Below are positions 1 to 13,700 of a stretch of 64,000 bases of DNA, in pieces. The stretch is from assembly GCF_000315625.1 (NCBI RefSeq), contig NW_005434652.1:762833-826832 (forward strand), given 5' to 3'. The notes under the pieces were generated by a model, which was not told the DNA's origin, made no database searches, and was given only the letters and a program-made list of their open reading frames with translations. How positions within the stretch are numbered: the stretch's first letter is position 1; each line of letters begins with the position of its first letter. A program made the translations under genes and the position numbers. Origin of the DNA: Guillardia theta CCMP2712. Its lineage: Eukaryota > Protista > Cryptophyta.

Positions 1-2560
1 CCACAGTGTAGGTCTTTCCAGCTTTCCTATCCATCATAACATTTTCAGACCATGTATTTAGAACAGATTGGGTTGATGCCACGTTGCTCTTAATATCGGT
101 CAAAATAGCCTTGGTCTCTTTTACCAATGACATTGCCTGAGTGATGAAATCCGAGATCTGGTTGCTTTTCCAATTGAGATGTTTTATACCTTTAAGAAGA
201 ACTTTGTCGATCCCATCAAGCTTCTGCTGGATCAACGGCCTCTCAACATCAAGAACCGTGTCAAGGATTGAGTTATAAATGTTGACAATCAAATCAAGAT
301 TTCCAGTCTGTTGACGATAAGTTTCCGCCATAGAATATATCGTCATTGCAGATTGAGGGACCTCCAAGCCCAACAACAAGAAATATTTGGTTTCACGGAG
401 AAGACAGACTAAGGCAGGATCAAAGTTGACGTACACCCAAGATGTGTTCGGATCACGTCTCAAAAGAGACTGCTTCAGTTTCTCAGCAGAAGTGTTTTCA
501 ATCTCCAAAGCCCATTCTTCTCGGTGTTGGCGTTCGTATTCCTGTTGAAACTATTATCCTGGATTCAAACAATGTGCCAGAAAAAAATCTCACCTGGAGA
601 CTATTCAAGATAGCAGAGTAGGCACGAATGCACTCTTTTCCTTCCTCGCCTGGCATAGCGAGCTTAGCGAGAGGAAATTATTCAAACTCGATCACTTACT
701 ATCAAGTATTGACTTGTTCATAGCCTTTAGTCGATTCATCGGTTCCTGTTGAAGGAATCGTAAGGGCAAACAACAGCCAGACATCAAAAATACCTGAACT
801 CTCTCCATCAATCCTCGCACCCACGTCACCGCTCCGGCTCTTGGAGGAGCATTATCATTGATAGGAGGGTTGTCCTTGAACATGACAAATATCTCCTGAA
901 CTTGTTTTAGATCCATGGCGTAGGCATTCAACAGATCTGCATTCTTCTTTTCAAGGTCTGCCTGTATGATTTCCCTTTCCAACAAACCCTCAAAGCTGTC
1001 TAACAACTTGAACCTCATTAGAACTGTCACGCTGTCATCGAAAGCCTGTGTGATGACTGAAGCAAGCCTCCTCTCAAGTTCATTGATCTGGCAGCGAAAA
1101 GTGTAAAAGTCATCATCAAACTGCTTGGACTCAACGTCCATGATATCATATTTTGCTTCAATAAATACTTTGATAGACTGAAGGAAATCAACGTGAGTCT
1201 GTCGAACGCTGGTCGTCAACATTTTTCCTTTAGTTCCACCAATTTCAACACCACGATCACCGCCTAGCTTGTTAAATTGCAAAATGGTCTGCATCAGATC
1301 CAAAACATCGTGGCAACGTTCGAGGAATGAATCTAATCGTGAAAAAAGAGCTGAGTTCTGAAATCTCCATGGATTTGAAGGACATTCTATGTTTGCTTTG
1401 CTCTTGTAGTCGAAGTATGCGCTTTTAAATGCAACCCCAACCTTCAAGCACAGCTTTAGATTATCAACAGCGTCTTGAGGTTCTTCAATATTCTCGAAAA
1501 GAGTCGCACCAGATACAAAGTTGCAGGCTTGTGAGATCAAAGTGTTACATAATTCTCTCAAAATGACAACAAAACGAGCTGGCGTATTGTAAAATTTTGA
1601 ATTCTTCCATATCAAAAGAAGTGTATGCATGGTCGGTTTGAAATGTGGAATTAAATCTTGGAATTGTTCAGCTCCAAGCATGTTGACATATTTGACCATC
1701 GGCTCCAAGTACACAAGATTATCGTTTGCCTCCATCCTTGCCTGTGCTACTTCTTTGCACAATCGATTGAACGCGGGAAAATAGGTGCTTTTGGTGACCT
1801 CCAGGACCTTGACAACTTTCCTAATCTTTTCACCAACAAGTTGATTGTGCAAAGAGTTCAAATTCTCTGCCTTGTTTTTCCAAAATTCTAGTTCGACTTC
1901 TGGTCCAGGATTTCCTTGCTTGAGCGCACTTTCAGGATCCATCTTCAGAATATTCTTGATTTGCTTGGTCCACATGACAACTGCAGATTCCAGAACATGA
2001 ATTCTATCTTTGTCCCTTCCAGCTGCATCCATCAGCGCTGCACCATGATTTGGTGGTAAAGGCAAAAGGGTTTTCCCCTGCGTGTTGCCGATAGTGATGT
2101 ACGTTTGCGCGAGAAAGCGATGAATACTTTCGGTCACCTCTTTCGTGATCACTTCTGGCCAGCCTTCTTGGTTCCTTGGGTTAGTCAAAAGAGGAAAATA
2201 AACTTCTTGCGAGATAGCCAAGAATTGCTCAAGTGGCTGCCCAACAAATTCACAGAAACTCATATCTTGAACAAAGTTTTCCTTGGAAACGGATCCATTG
2301 CTCTTCAACAAATAGATCGCCTTTGTTTTGAAATTTTGAGGCGGAGAAGCTGTCACAACGCATTGATCTTTCGATTGCAAGTATATCCAAAGCAATTTCT
2401 CTGAGGGATCATCGAAAAAGCCATTGAGCAGCTTTACACCTTTTTCATCGTCCTTGATTCGCTGAGCGATTTCGAGTTTACAGGGAAGCAGCGTGGAAGT
2501 CTGTTCGCTGATGTAATCGATTCGGGGATCAGAGGGCTTCGAATGTGACTCGTCTCCCAT
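1..2560 (-). CDS. Axonemal outer-arm dynein heavy chain (beta/DNAH9-11-17 type), N-terminal part; runs off the window start
   Basis: ORF 692-2560 has DHC_N1 motifs (LESAVVMWTKQIKNILK, PGPEVELEFW, YNTPARFVVILRELCN, WRFQNSALFSRLDSFLERC). GT-AG introns at 746-793, 650-699 and 542-593 keep the frame open to position 1. Confidence 0.93.
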
Positions 2561-3408
2561 CGCCGAATATTTGCTTCAGGGTTCAGCTTCTTTCTGCTGT
2601 GCCTTTAGTAGTTCCTCCTCGCAATGCCTTCGATCCTTAAGCTCGGGATCAACTCGAATTCTTCCTCCCTGATTCTTGCATTCCACCGCGTCCAACCGCC
2701 GCCGCCCCTTCCGCCGTTTGTATCACTGAAAAGGGGTGGCGCCAAGCAGTCCTATGCTGCTAGACTTGTGTACGGGTGGTTTTATGTACAAACGCACTAT
2801 GAGAGTTGGGGTACAGTGCAGAGGTAATATCAAACGACTGCCTCTGAGAGGGGTGGGGTCCACCTCAAGATTGACTAGCTGGCTCACTTTGAGGAAATTC
2901 CTACATATGATTCGAGCTAAATCATTCCAGGTGTCTTTTTGTCTTCAAAACAAAGATCGCGAGGTGAGCTTGCGAAAACTCTTTGCATTTTTTTAGTCAA
3001 GATGTACTTTGATACAAATGGGTGGGTCCGTAATTGAGAAAAGGTGGGGTTGTTCAAGGCGATCTGGTACAAAGCATGGGATAAAACTGTTTGATCTTTT
3101 TGAAAATCAAATTTCAAGAAAACACGCGGAAATTATCCAAGAAATGGAAACTAGCAATTGTATATTTCAAAATAAAAACAAAGTTTGAAAATTGACAAGG
3201 AAAAGACGACAAACTTCGTCATTATCAAAAGCATCCGGTGCAGCTACTGCTTGATGCAGGCACCTGTGGCACTTGTCGCAGTTGCACACTGCACGCCGCA
3301 TTCAGGAAGACCATAAACATCCAAAACAGCAAGTAAACAAAAGAACTACATCATAGAGAACGAAAAGCAGCCAAGAATCCTGTCCCTTCACCTTGTGAAT
3401 TGATTGGT

Positions 3409-5718
3409 ATGCCGCGACGTCTCGACCCAGATTCCCGAGCGCTCCCTAGGAGCGACGGCGGAACCCTGCATTTTGCCACGAGTTTAGCTTGTATGGTCTG
3501 ATATAACTCGATTGCCTAAACTGAACATATGATTTCAGATGAGGGAATGAAAAGTCGCCCGACGCAAGACGAATTCTTGTTGACAGCTTCACACATTCTA
3601 AAATCTCCCCACAACTACAATCCAGTTCACGCCCACAATACCAGGTACGAGCTTGATTTTCATTTGCAATCCGTATGATATTCAGAATGTAACAAGGTAT
3701 AAGCGTTGGTATAGTTCAACATTCACAGAGCCCAAGAGACAAGGATTTGAGATTGGAAGCTGGTGCAATGTGACAATTCTAACCATAGTGTGCATGTTAT
3801 GTTTTGGATTAGCTGTTATCTGCTTAGGTATACAGAATTCATCGAAAAAAACATGTTCTAATCATTACTTAGTTGGTTCGGAAGGATATAGCATGGTGAT
3901 CAGTCCCATGATCTTCATTTCCAGCGATTATCACAGCTTGCAAGATTTGCACAGTGCAGTACAGAATCTACAGAAAGAACAGAAATTCATAAATCAGGAA
4001 ATTGAAAGCTTTCTTCGATACAAGAACTACATCGAGAACACTAGCCAAAGGGTATTTCCTGTTTGCACTTGTAATACTTCATACAGTAAGATGTTGTCAG
4101 TTGTCGTCTTTGCTGACGCAAATTGACATTGCAAACCTGGAAACCGATTCTGCGATTAACCAAATGGTATGACCCATGTCTTGGAGGGATAAAGACTTAT
4201 TTTTTTTTTCTGATACAACGTTTTCAGACTGTCTTTGATAAAAAAGTTGATAATTTCTCGACTTCCGTACTTACTGAAGTGGAAGATGTCATGAACGAAT
4301 TACGATCACAAATCGGAATCAATGAAACTGAGAATACAGAAAACTTGGATTCTCTTCAGCGTGAAATATCAGAACTTAGCAAGATTTTAACGCTTTACCA
4401 CGACAGAAAAGCTACTGTTGAGGTTGTGCATACCGTTCTTGAGGAAAATAAGAAATCTGATTTCTTGCAGAGCACCTTTGATGCGAGAAGCAACTTGATC
4501 AATGGCGTGTCTGAAAACATCGATCTCAACCACATTCAGCAGTCCCTGCGGGAAACAATAGAAACTTTTGCTAGGAATGCTTCAGGATTAAGGTACCTGA
4601 GCTTATTGCTGAACCCTATGACTTGACACATCGATGTGCAGATTCTTCGATGAAGTCAAAAATGATGTCATTTTGCAAAGCGTAAAAGAAATTTCTAAAC
4701 GGGAACAAATACTAATCCAGAAAACAATGGACGCAATGTCGTACGATAAATTGATCCCGGTAAGGCAATCCAGCGACTTGCTTGTCATATCGCTAAACTC
4801 ATTCTAGAAGGAGTCGGCCTTCGAAGCTCTACGACATTTGTACAGGAATCAAATTGCTGGCGTGGACTGGATGCTTTCGGTGAACGGAGCAGAGGTTTTA
4901 GATCATTCGCCATCATTCGACACATGCTCAGGTGATCGACACTGGTCGACACTTGTGGATGAAAAGCTCAATGATTTTTACTTTTCGAAACTTATTGCCC
5001 TCCACTGATTCCAAGTTTCAGATCATTCATGGTACGGTACATGGTTTGTATGCGCATCCATGAACGTCTTGCAACCTCCATTGCAATCGCAGCCGTCGAC
5101 AGCACTTCAAGTAATGCATTTGTAAGACTTTTGAGAATGCCTAACAAATAGACAGTTATCACCGTCTTGGACAGATGGAAAATCATCAAGCGCTTTAGGT
5201 CATTGTTGGGCTTTGAAGGGATCAAATGGGTTTCTTGAGGTCATTGACACGTGCTTTTCCTCGCTTGCCTAAATGTGCCTCGAATGTCTAGGTAAAGCTT
5301 GCACGCCCGGTGGTTCCCAAGAAAATATTGGTGCACAGCATTCCCATCGAAATTTCCCCTGGACATGGGAAAAGTGCAATCAAGAACTTCGCTATTATGG
5401 TACGATCTGTTGAAGGTACTTGCAGAACTTCGTAATTTGAATTCGACAGGGGAGGATTGATGGGCAATACCACATGGTGCTAAATGCAACCCATAACCCC
5501 TCATCGCTGACATCCCTTGAATCAAATGAGGGATTCGAAGTCGAAGTCGAGGTAAATTCGCTCTGTCCAAGTTGATTGTTGATACTTGTGCTCATCAGAA
5601 TCAAATCATGATACAACAAGTTCGAGTGGAGGTGTACTCGAATCATGGCAATGAGTATTTCACTTGCTTTTACCATATCGCATTGATTGGGGAAGATTCT
5701 TCTGCTGAAGTTGCCTAG
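3409..5718 (+). CDS. SUN-domain (Sad1/UNC-84) nuclear envelope protein, multi-exon
   Basis: Spliced product has a TM helix (VTILTIVCMLCFGLAVICLG), a coiled coil, then SUN motifs DWMLSVNGAEVLDHS, GHCWALKGSNGFLEVKLARPV, SAIKNFAIMG and VRVEVYSNHGNEYFTCFYHIALIG. Stop TAG 5716-5718; start codon less certain. Confidence 0.8.
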
Positions 5719-6269
5719 TTATGTAAAGGTTGTGTGCAACATAAATTGCTTTCATATGTATGGCCGTCTCAATTCACTTCTACGCTCATGTTAGTTTACA
5801 TTGAACTTCAATTTATACACATGAAACATAAATTCAAACTAAAGAAATATGAAGCATTGGAATATTAGAAGTACACAAGCATAGTCATTCACATATGAAC
5901 GTCTGAGCTGATTCAATAATCTTCTTCCTTGGTTTGCATTCTTGTCTTGTCTCGTCTTGCGATAATGTAGAGTGAGAGTTCCTGTCCACCAAAAAAAACC
6001 CTACCCCTCCGTCGTGGCCAACCTTTTAGACGAACTCCCGATGGTATATCCCTTCTCACTTTATCATATCAGACGACTTAATAGAATCACGACCTTTGCC
6101 TTATCACTCTATCTCACCGATGTTCCCTACCCCCACCATGGCATTGGTACCACCCCCCAAATATCAAAGATCACCCCCTCTTCATAGAATAGATACCCCA
6201 TTGAAGTATACAGGGGTCATCACCACTACCCCCTCTCATCACCCTCGCGCCTCTGCAGCAGCTTCCGTC

Positions 6270-8840
6270 ATGCTCCGCGCCGCCGTTCGCCGCGCAGGTT
6301 GGCTTCAAGCATGCGTGTGCACGAGAACTTGTTTCCTTCCATTATGTCTCCCTCTTCGTTTCTCTCTCCTACCGTTCTATTGCTTTCCGAGGAAAGACCT
6401 TGTAGGTTCCTGCTCCTTGCTGCCATGGCCGCTGCTCCCCCCCTCCTTCCCCGGGATCATGATTGGTTTTCTCTCTTATAACCTGAGAAATTTGAAAGAG
6501 ATATCTATCTGCGTATTGTGCATGGCGAGTGATTATGATTTGGTTTCGATTTCTTGGCTTCTCTTGATCTTGGGAATCCTCACTTGTTCAATTACTCTTC
6601 TTGTTTATGCCATCAGGACTGAACCCTTTTTGTCGTTTGCAATAATTTTGCTTGGCTACAATGAGCCAGGATGCTTGGTTGTTTTGCTATCACCATGTAG
6701 TATTTTCTTGTCCAAATCGCTTGATATGCGTGTGATTTTTGACGGGGGAGAAACATCATTGAGTTCGGGTTTTGCAATTTCCAAGAGGTCCTAACGGTGT
6801 TGTATGATTTAGATGGTTTGAGGCGTCTTTCATCCATGAATCATGTGAATCCAAACATCAAGACGTCAAACGATCAGTTATGGTACCGATTCCACAACGT
6901 ATGGCCTGTGCAGGTTCCCATGAACATGCCCATGCCTGGGACGCCTTCAGCCGAGGTGGGAGCGGCAGTCTCTGAACCGACCACCAAGGTCTCAACGCTA
7001 CCGAACGGAGTGAGGGTCATTACGGAGTCTAAGGCTAGCATGGGTTGCTCTATGGCTATCTTCTGCGCAACCGGCAGCCGATCTGAGACTCTTGAGACTC
7101 ACGGAGCGTCTCACTTCATGCAGCATCTGGCTTACAAGGCCACGGTGGACAAGTCGCACTTTGGTCTGACTCGTGCCATTGAAAAGCTGGGTGGTCATGT
7201 GGCATGTGGATCCAGCCGTGATTGTATCACTTATGCTGGAGAATGTCTTACCTCAAATGCCGGTCAGTTGTTTGGTCTCATGGCGGAGACATTTTTGTAC
7301 CCACGTCTTGAGAAGCTGGATATTGACAATGCGCGTACCTTGGTCCTTGCTGATATTCAGAATTCGATGAAGAATGGTAACTCATTGCACAGTTTTCTAT
7401 TGGACTTTGGTGTCTTATTTGTACTCAACAGGTGCATTTGCCGTCCAAGATGTTCTTCACACCGTTGCCTACCAAGGTAATCTCCGATCCGAGTCTTTCA
7501 ACAGTGGATGACTTTCCGTTTGATCAGGCCAGACTCTTGGTGCACCGATGCTCTGCAATCCTCATGCTGCCGAGATGATGAAAGGCAGCGTCATCGAGGC
7601 TTTCAAGCAGACGACCATCAGTCCGCAGGTTTCTATCCCATTCCTTTGTCCGTCCCTGATCTTCGTTGGTCATCTATAGAGGATCATCGTGTCTGCAGTC
7701 GGAGTTGATCATGATCGCATGGTCGAGTATGCTGATAAGGTGGAATCCTGAATTGTTGCTTAGTCGTTTTTGAATGCTGGTGGATAGGCTTTTGGTGAAA
7801 TGCAACCAAGAAGTGTGTCGGAGCTCGTAGCTGCTCAATATGGTTGGGATTTGTTTTGAGTGTCCTTCATTTCTTCGCCTCTTTGACCATTCAAGGACAG
7901 GTGGGGGCGACTGTCGTGTGCCATCAGAGCCTGGACAGGTGCAGTGATTCATTTCATCTTTTTTGAGACTCTCTTTCTCAACTTGGGTTCATTAGGTTCA
8001 CCTTGCTTTGGGATTTGAAGGAATGCCCTGCACTGCCAAGGAGGTATGCGATATGCTCCAAGTTCATGCAAGCTACTGGATTTATGTTTTGTTTAGTCTG
8101 TTGCGGCTGCCGTTCTGCAGTCCCTGTTGGGCGGTGGAGACCAGTTCTCTGCAGGCGGACCAGGTAAGCTGTGATTGCAATTTGCCTCCCTTAAGTTTTT
8201 TCCTTCCTAGGCAAGGGTTTGACTTCAAGAATATTTAGAAACGTCCTGTCACACCCAGAGGTATAAAATGTTCGGAGTGGGATTTTGTCAGTTAGCTCAA
8301 GAGACTACTACAGATTCTGACTGCAACGTCTTTCAACGTTTCATATAAGGATTCGGGACTCTTTGGTATTAAATGTGTCTAGGGCTTTCTTGCTTCCTAA
8401 CCTTTTTTCTTATCATAGGAATTCAAGCAACCGTGAATGCTCATGATGCGCAAATGGCGATCACGTCAGTGGCCGAAGAGCTTACCTCTCTGCGAGGAGG
8501 CTTCAGCGAGGAAGAAGTGACCAGGGCTAAGAATATGACGATATCGGCCCTCTTCTTGAACCTTGAAACCATGGGAATTGCTACTGAGGACCTCGGAAGA
8601 CAAATCATGTACTACGGTAGCCGCAAGGATGGAAAAGCTCTTGCTGCCGAGGTCTCTGCCATCACGTCGCAGGATCTGCAGAAGGTTGCGAAACAGATTC
8701 TTTCTTCACCGCTTTCGTTTGCTGCATACGGAGATGTTGCTTACGTAAGGCCCTTATGTCCCTGGTTCTATCTTCTTTGAACTTACTGGTGTCGACAGGT
8801 TCCAAGCTACAGCGAAATCGTTGCCTTGACAAGAGCATAA
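6270..8840 (+). CDS. PMPCA: Mitochondrial processing peptidase alpha subunit (peptidase M16), multi-exon
   Basis: Presequence MLRAAVRRA; TTKVSTLPNGVRVITE; degenerate zinc motif GASHFMQHLAY; glycine-rich loop LLGGGDQFSAGGPGKGLTSR typical of the alpha subunit; EDLGRQIMYYG. Early exon junctions uncertain. Confidence 0.88.
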
Positions 8841-8968
8841 TTCTAGAACTTTCGGCATTCCCCGAATAAACTTTGCTAGTACTGATCCTTTCAATATCTA
8901 CTTTTTCTGCGACGTTGATATCTTTTCTCGAATTTTCTTTTCTATGTGTCAATATTGAACTGTTTCCT

Positions 8969-10406
8969 CTACTCCAGGTTACGCTCTATAAGCCATCGTT
9001 CCATCGCGAAAAATGTGCCTGCGGTTTTGTCAGTTACGCTTGGAACGAAAGGCATATTGAATTCACCTTCAGCTATCCTCGAGCTCAATTCGGACGCGAA
9101 CATGGTAGTTTCATCGTGATTGGCGTGGACAAGAGTCACGTCGATGGCGGAAGTCTCTGGAGTTCCCTGTATCTGAGTCGCACTCAATGAACGACGACAG
9201 TCTCTTCTTCCCTTGCCTGTTTCGCCCTGGGTTTGGCAGAGCAAAGGGCCTCAACAACAGAAGCTTCTATCCACGTGCAAGCGTCGACTTCTGAGGGTTC
9301 CATGGTAAGGATCTGAAGCAAGTGTCAGTGAATTGGAATATTTCATTCTGTGATGGCAACAGGTTTCTCAGTCGTTAACGTCGCCACCATGTAAACAACG
9401 AGATAATGCCGTCGAAGTCCTGATCCAGGGCGAGGTGGCCATGTTCCTAAGTCGCCTTTGATTGAAGGTGATCAACAGGCAGAGTTTTAGTCACCCTCCG
9501 CATAATTCCACTTGTGATCACCACAAAAAGTAGCTTCGAACAACCCAAGAATACGTAACGAATTCTTCTCTATCGAAAGGCCCACCTCTTCTTTCACTTC
9601 ACGAGCTGCTGTATCGAATAGATCCTCTCCCAAATCAACATGACCTCCTGGTAACACCCATGCTCCAGGATACGTTCGCATCTGTTATGAGGGTCACGCA
9701 CAAGGACTTACCGCAGTCAGACTTCACTGATTGCGATCGTCTGGTTATAAGAATCCTTTTCGCAGCATCCTCGACCATCACAGATACTGCAACTCTGACT
9801 CCCTCTGATTCTTTGCAGAGACATTCAAGAATTCCATCATCCACTAGAGATGCTGGACAAGGTTTGGCATGCTGCAAGACAGTGCAGAAGCTAATGACGG
9901 GAGGTCAGAATGTCGATGCAGGAGAATTATTCCAGCACCTCCCTTCCATCTGTTTCGGGCATGTTTCTGCAATGGGTAATATCTTCAATTTTGAACTTGT
10001 TTGATCGTACATGACCTTCTCATTGAACCAAATTCACTCCATGGGTACACGAGAAGGAATTCATACCTCGACTGTACTGCAGAATTCATAATCTTCCACA
10101 TTGAATCCCAAATGCTCAAATCTATTGGGCCACGTACCATGATGCTTTCGTCCCGCATCCAGACCGATGAGCATCCGCTTGATGCATCGTCCTGCCGACA
10201 GAACATCCTGTTGAGTAAAGTTGGTATCGTGAGGATCATCTCCGGAAACTTCTCACTCGTCTGTGGACTCCTCCACATCCCTTCTACTTCACGTCTACTT
10301 CCTACCACGCATATGCCATCCAGCTCTTGTCTGCCTTCTTCCCTCATCTCCTCACCTCGCCTTCTCCTATGCACGCCACTGGTCCAGCCTTCATCGGAGC
10401 AGCCAT
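8969..10406 (-). CDS. Nudix hydrolase (NUDT17-like), multi-exon
   Basis: Nudix box WVLPGGHVDLGEDLFDTAAREVKEEVGL (~9580-9660), preceded by VAVSVMVEDAAKRILITRR. Start at 10406 (MAAPMKAG) is inferred. Confidence 0.75.
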
Positions 10407-10770
10407 CTTCACATGCTCCGATGTGGCTCGGAAATTTCAGTCACTCCGCCCGGCCGGCGCCAGGCCCCGGGGTGACCAACGTGACCTCACGGCGGCGGCC
10501 GCCCGGCCCCGGCGGGGACTCCGACGGGCCCTCGGGCCTGGCGGCCGGCCCGGCCACGGTCAGTCCCGGCGACGTACTAGCGGCACAGCCGCTCACGGTA
10601 GTACTGCACTGCTTTCAAGTTCCCCAGATTCGTGAGTGGAGCCGCAGTTGACTCAAGGGTGGGGCAGCGGCAGCCTCAGTGGTGTGTTTGAAGTTTGAAA
10701 ATTTATCGGAGTTAATTCAGCATGAACGGTCCCACCGTGGCTCCGGCCCGGTAGTACTAGCTGGACGCTC

Positions 10771-13700
10771 TCAACCTTCGACCTTGCTGCACTCCCCCTG
10801 CTCGTTCTCGCGATACCTGTGACACAAGGATCGTCAGCTCGGCTCGCTGCTCGGAGTCTCCTGTCGCTCACCCGGCAGCACAAATACAACCCGACGTCCC
10901 CTCGTCAAAGACGGAGTGCGGGCCTGTCACATGTCACTCGCGGCCAAACAGCATTCCCTCCTCCTCACCCATCAGCTTCCAGCAGAACTGCTGCCCCGGA
11001 GTTGCGGACTCGTTCAGCTGAGCTTCTGCCTGGCTCGACTCGCCAGTAGGAGAGAGCTGCTCATTTACAGCAGTAGTTGGGCTGGTGGTGGTGGTGGTGG
11101 TGGTGGTGGTGGTGCTGCTGCTGCTGCTGCTGGCGGTGGTGGTGGTGGTAGAGGAGGAGGTGGAAGTGGTGTTGGCGGTTGAGTTGGCAGTCTGGCCGAC
11201 CTTGTTCTTGAGCTTGGCGAGCTTGCGAGAGATCAGCGGAGAGGATCAAGGCAGCAGTCCTCACCTGCTCCTCAAACGCCTCCTGGCTCAGCGGCGGCGG
11301 CTTCTCTGGTTGGGAAGATTCGGGGGGAGGAGGAGCAACCTCGTCCTGAGATGAGGCGCTGGCGTCTTCGGGCCCCGTCAGGTTCCTCCGCAGCTTCTCG
11401 ACGGCAGTCTCCGCTTCCTTTGCCTGCGGGGGTCAGCGAGCTGCCGAGATAATCTGAGAGCGCACCTTGCTCATGATCTGGATGGCCGACATGGCGTCCT
11501 CCTCGAAGAACTGTGAAGACATCAAAGGAGGGAGGGAAGGTAGGGGGAGGATACCTTCTTCCACCTCTTCTCCGCCTCTCTTTTCTTCCTTCTTTCCTGC
11601 ACCATCTCCTTCAGAGCGAGCAGCGTGATACTCTACCTCCTCCTCCACCTCCATCTTCGCAAGGCGACTCTCGTTCGTCGACGAACTAGTGTCGTTGCGC
11701 GCCTGGGATGAAGTCAGCAGAGTTTCATGTCTGAAAGTCTCGTACAGGATCATGAGAAGTGTTGGAAGACGCGCTTGCATTGAGATCTCCAGGGGAGGCA
11801 ACTGCTTCCTCCATTCTCCTCCTCTCTCTCTCCATCTCAGCTTTTACCACCTGTGACATGTCATCTCATCGAGAAGCAGCATGCCGATTCTCACCGTCAC
11901 GTATCCTTCAGCCCTGTCAAACATCTTGGCCGTGCTTGACATCTCAGACGCTTTGATCTTGTCCGCCTCCTACATTCCCTCCCATCACAAACAGTTCACT
12001 TCGTGCAGCAACAATCACATCTCTCGCAGCTTTCATGTCAGCAGAGACTCGTCGCCTCGCCGCCTCTCTGTCCTCGTCACTGATCTCTTGCTTCTTCTCC
12101 TTCTTCTCCTTCTTCTGTCGTCTTGGCACGCATCTCGTCTTATCCCTCGACAGCTTGTACCCCTCGCTGCCATCTCATCACTCGCCTTCACGGCCCTCCC
12201 AGCTGCCCATCACCTGCAGTCGCACATCTCTCCGTCGAAGAAAGCTCCCTCGCCAAACTGCTGCTGACACTGAGTGTCCAGGCTCGGCAAGCATCTGCCG
12301 TCTTGATCAACCAAGAGCAATGGAAGGAGGGGAGGGGAGGAGAGGAGGAGAGGAGGAGGGGAGGAGGGCCGGACGGAGGGAGGGGGGGGAGGGAAGGAGG
12401 TAGGGAAGGGAGGGGGGAAACAGAGCATCATTCAACTGCATGTAGACTCGAAGGATTTTGGTCTTACCCTTCCTTTGTCGCCACGTATCCTTCCTTGCAG
12501 ACACAACTTTCCTCGCCGTCCCACATTGCTGCTTCTCCGAACTGCGACTTACACGCCTTTTCGAACCTTTCCTTGTCAGAGGCTCCATCCTCTTCCCCCG
12601 CTCTCTCAGACAGCCCCGACGCTTCACCTCCCATCGCATGCTCCGTGTCCGCCATCGTCCCGCCCACCATGGATCTGCCGGAGAAGAAGTTCCAGAACTC
12701 GGAGAAGTCAATGTAGTTGTCATGGTCGAGGTCGTGCTTCAGTAGTGCTCTCCTTCCCTCCTCTCCTTCCCCCGCAGCAACTCCAAACCGTTGGAAGTCG
12801 ATGCTGATGGAGCGCTTCAAGACCTCCTGGTCGTCCAAGCTGGTTCGGGAGTGAGTTGCAGGCAAGTAAGGCAGGAGATGCTCACAGTGCGTTCTTGTCC
12901 GAGTCGAGAAGATCGAAGTACTTCTTCACCTCCATGAGGTCATGAAATCCTCCTGAGAGAGGAGAGACCAAATTGCTTTCTCCTGCAAGAAATATCAGCT
13001 ACTAAGGCAGAAACTGCACGGAGAGAAGAGGAAAAGCGAACATGGGAGGAAAGGATAGAAGCACAACGGGAGCAAGAGAGTCGAGAGACGTGGAAGGGAG
13101 TAGAAAGGAGGAAGGATAAAAGGTGATGATTGAAAGGAAATTCTGCTTCACCAGATTTGCTGCTTTTGTCGACGCAGTACCCGGAGGAGTCCTGAGGAGT
13201 TCGGCGGAATCAGACACTGCACACCTGGTCCTCCACGCTCCTCCATCCTCCACGCTCCTCCATCTCCTTCTTGACCTCATCCCTCTTCCCGCTCCCTCTC
13301 AACCTCCGATCTCGTTCCCCTCACCTCTTTGTATCCCTCAGCGCACGTACAGTTGTTGATGCGATCGAAGAGGGAAGACGGGCCTCGCCTCGTTCTGCAT
13401 CCTTCGTCCGATCCCTCAGTGCAGGTGCCGTTGATGTCCTGAGTGAAACCTCGCCTGCACCTGCGACGCTCCCAGTGAGGGCAGCGCGACGCTATCGGAC
13501 AGGCAGAGCAGCGAGACGATATGTAGCAAGGGGAAGAAAGAGAGGGAGGAAGGGGAGGGGAGACGTTGAGGAACGCAGCAGGTGGGAGTGCACAAGAAGA
13601 AAGGACTGGAGGTTCAACTGACGAAGAGGAGGGAAAGGGCCAGAAAAACTACAAGGAGAGCGAAGTTGATTAAACTTGAAAAAGCATGACGGGATCGAGG

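Noticed and set aside
6096-6794. 232-aa hydrophobic ORF as a membrane protein
   Set aside because: Runs through the promoter, first exons and T-rich introns of MPP alpha.
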